From IMG/VR virus record IMGVR_UViG_3300045988_085840: DNA of 32,905 nucleotides; one strand, 5' to 3'. This DNA comes from a virus. Of the stretch, positions 32,108 to 32,905 are shown piece after piece. Numbering within the stretch: the first letter of the stretch is position 1; each line of letters opens with the position of its first letter. The notes beneath the pieces are model-generated. The model saw nothing but the letters and a program-made list of their open reading frames with translations. It was not told where the DNA came from and made no database searches. The position numbers and the translations under genes are program-made.

Positions 32108-32740
32108 ATGCAGATAAAAAAGACAATATTAACAGAGAGTGTTACGCTCGAAGAGCTTAGAAAGATTATAAGAGAGGGACGAGCTGCGGAAGTACTGGCA
32201 GTAGGCGACCAGATTTACATTGATTTTGACGGCGCAGCAGTATCATACGACGTAATAGGCATAGACGCAGACACACCAGCAGCCGAAGAGCTTAAGCATA
32301 CAGTTACCATACAGGCGCACGAACTAATAGAAGAACGCCCGTTTGATACAAAGGGACGTTACGGCTCTAACGACTGGGAAACAAGCGAGCTTAGAGAGTA
32401 CCTTAACAGCGAGATATACGCGGCACGCTGCGCAGAGCTGGCTAAGTATGCAATACCAGTTGCTAAAATGAACACAAACGGCAGAAAGACAGTAGATACG
32501 TTTTTCTTGTTATCTGTAGACGAATACGACGCCAAAGACACACTATACGAGTATTACAAAGACAAGCTATACAGAGCAGCCAAGCACGCAAAGGACGACT
32601 ACAACGACTGGCATAGAACGCGTAGCGCTCATCGTGGCACCTCGTACAATACGTGGTACGTGTACTCGAGCGGCAGCGTCTACAGCGGCTACGGCGCGGA
32701 CTACTCTGTGCGCTGCGCGCCCGCTTGTGCAATAGGATAA
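32108..32740 (+). CDS. DGR target protein 2 (shorter paralog of target 1 with variable C-terminus)
   Basis: 210 aa. It shares EV(F/L)xVGDQI, W..S.(M/L)R.(W/Y)LNS and (I/F)FL(P/L)S motifs with target 1. Its C-terminus, RSAHRGTSYNTWYVYSSGSVYSGYGADYSVRCAPACAIG, is encoded by VR2. Confidence 0.88.
   Translation: MQIKKTILTESVTLEELRKIIREGRAAEVLAVGDQIYIDFDGAAVSYDVIGIDADTPAAEELKHTVTIQAHELIEERPFDTKGRYGSNDWETSELREYLNSEIYAARCAELAKYAIPVAKMNTNGRKTVDTFFLLSVDEYDAKDTLYEYYKDKLYRAAKHAKDDYNDWHRTRSAHRGTSYNTWYVYSSGSVYSGYGADYSVRCAPACAIG
32621..32729 (+). repeat. DGR variable repeat 2 (VR2), remote from the cassette
   Basis: Aligns to TR 23154-23259. All 13 substitutions fall at TR adenines. One extra codon lies inside the region templated by the (AAC)4 run. 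It has the same IMH-like 3' end as VR1. Confidence 0.88.
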
Positions 32741-32752
32741 ATATAAATAATA

Positions 32753-32774
32753 CGCCCTGTACGCTTACAGGGCG
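32753..32774 (+). terminator. Hairpin downstream of VR2 (terminator and/or DGR target-recognition structure)
   Basis: cgccctgta-cgct-tacagggcg forms a perfect 9-bp stem with a 4-nt loop, 19 nt after the IMH-like element. It shares GCCCTG, a CGCY loop and a trailing CTAT with the hairpin at 22606-22629. Confidence 0.55.
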
Positions 32775-32797
32775 CTATATAAAAAGACATAATAAAA

Positions 32798-32827
32798 GCG
32801 CCTACGATACTGCAATATCATAGGCGC
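32798..32827 (+). other. Second inverted repeat in the target2-rep intergenic region
   Basis: gcgcctacgata-ctgcaa-tatcataggcgc forms a 12-bp stem with one mismatch. Its function is unknown; it could be a terminator or an origin-related structure. Confidence 0.35.
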
Positions 32828-32850
32828 TAAGCTATAGCCGAAGCGTATAG

Positions 32851-32905
32851 CATTACCACATTTATATTATACGCTGCATACGGCAAAAAGGCAAGGAAAA
32901 ACAAC
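32851..32905. repeat. Terminal direct repeat, copy 2 (circular-closure overlap)
   Basis: Identical to bases 1-55. The unique genome length is therefore about 32,850 bp. Confidence 0.95.

Noticed and set aside
1-32905. tRNA, rRNA or tmRNA genes
   Set aside because: By-eye inspection of the few noncoding gaps (5156-5339, 5631-5758, 26555-26849, 27927-28182, 31363-31482 and 32741-143) found no cloverleaf-like or conserved rRNA segments. A tRNAscan-type search would be needed to be definitive.

Overview
The window is a complete, circularly closed temperate siphovirus-type phage genome. It has about 32,850 unique bp, and bases 1-55 are identical to 32851-32905. The host is probably a Gram-positive Firmicutes-like bacterium, judging from the Cpl-7-repeat endolysin, holin_4-type holin, XkdX and BppU-like fiber, and the absence of spanins. 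Almost every gene is on the + strand, which is strikingly T-poor and purine-rich; only the integrase and the cI-like repressor are on the - strand.

Modules in order:
- Replication and partition: HUH Rep-like protein, VRR-NUC, ParA, a ParB-DUF3850 fusion and SSB.
- Late activator, then HNH, a candidate cos region, terS and terL.
- HK97-type portal, protease and capsid, followed by head-tail joining genes.
- Tail genes: major tail protein, a chaperone with a -1 frameshift site, tape measure, Dit, Tal and a BppU-like fiber.
- A diversity-generating retroelement (DGR).
- Lysis cassette, then integrase with a candidate attP.
- A divergent-promoter immunity switch and the early genes.

The headline feature is the DGR. 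Target gene 21537..22598 carries VR1 at its C-terminus, followed by Avd (22675..23091), the template repeat TR (about 23133..23259) and a reverse transcriptase (23412..24467). A second, remote variable repeat (VR2, 32621..32729) ends a paralogous gene (32108..32740) in the early/replication region. VR-versus-TR differences fall almost exclusively at TR adenines. Both VRs share an IMH-like 3' element that differs from the TR version, and VR2 is one codon longer than TR. All family names come from motif recognition by eye; no database search was run.
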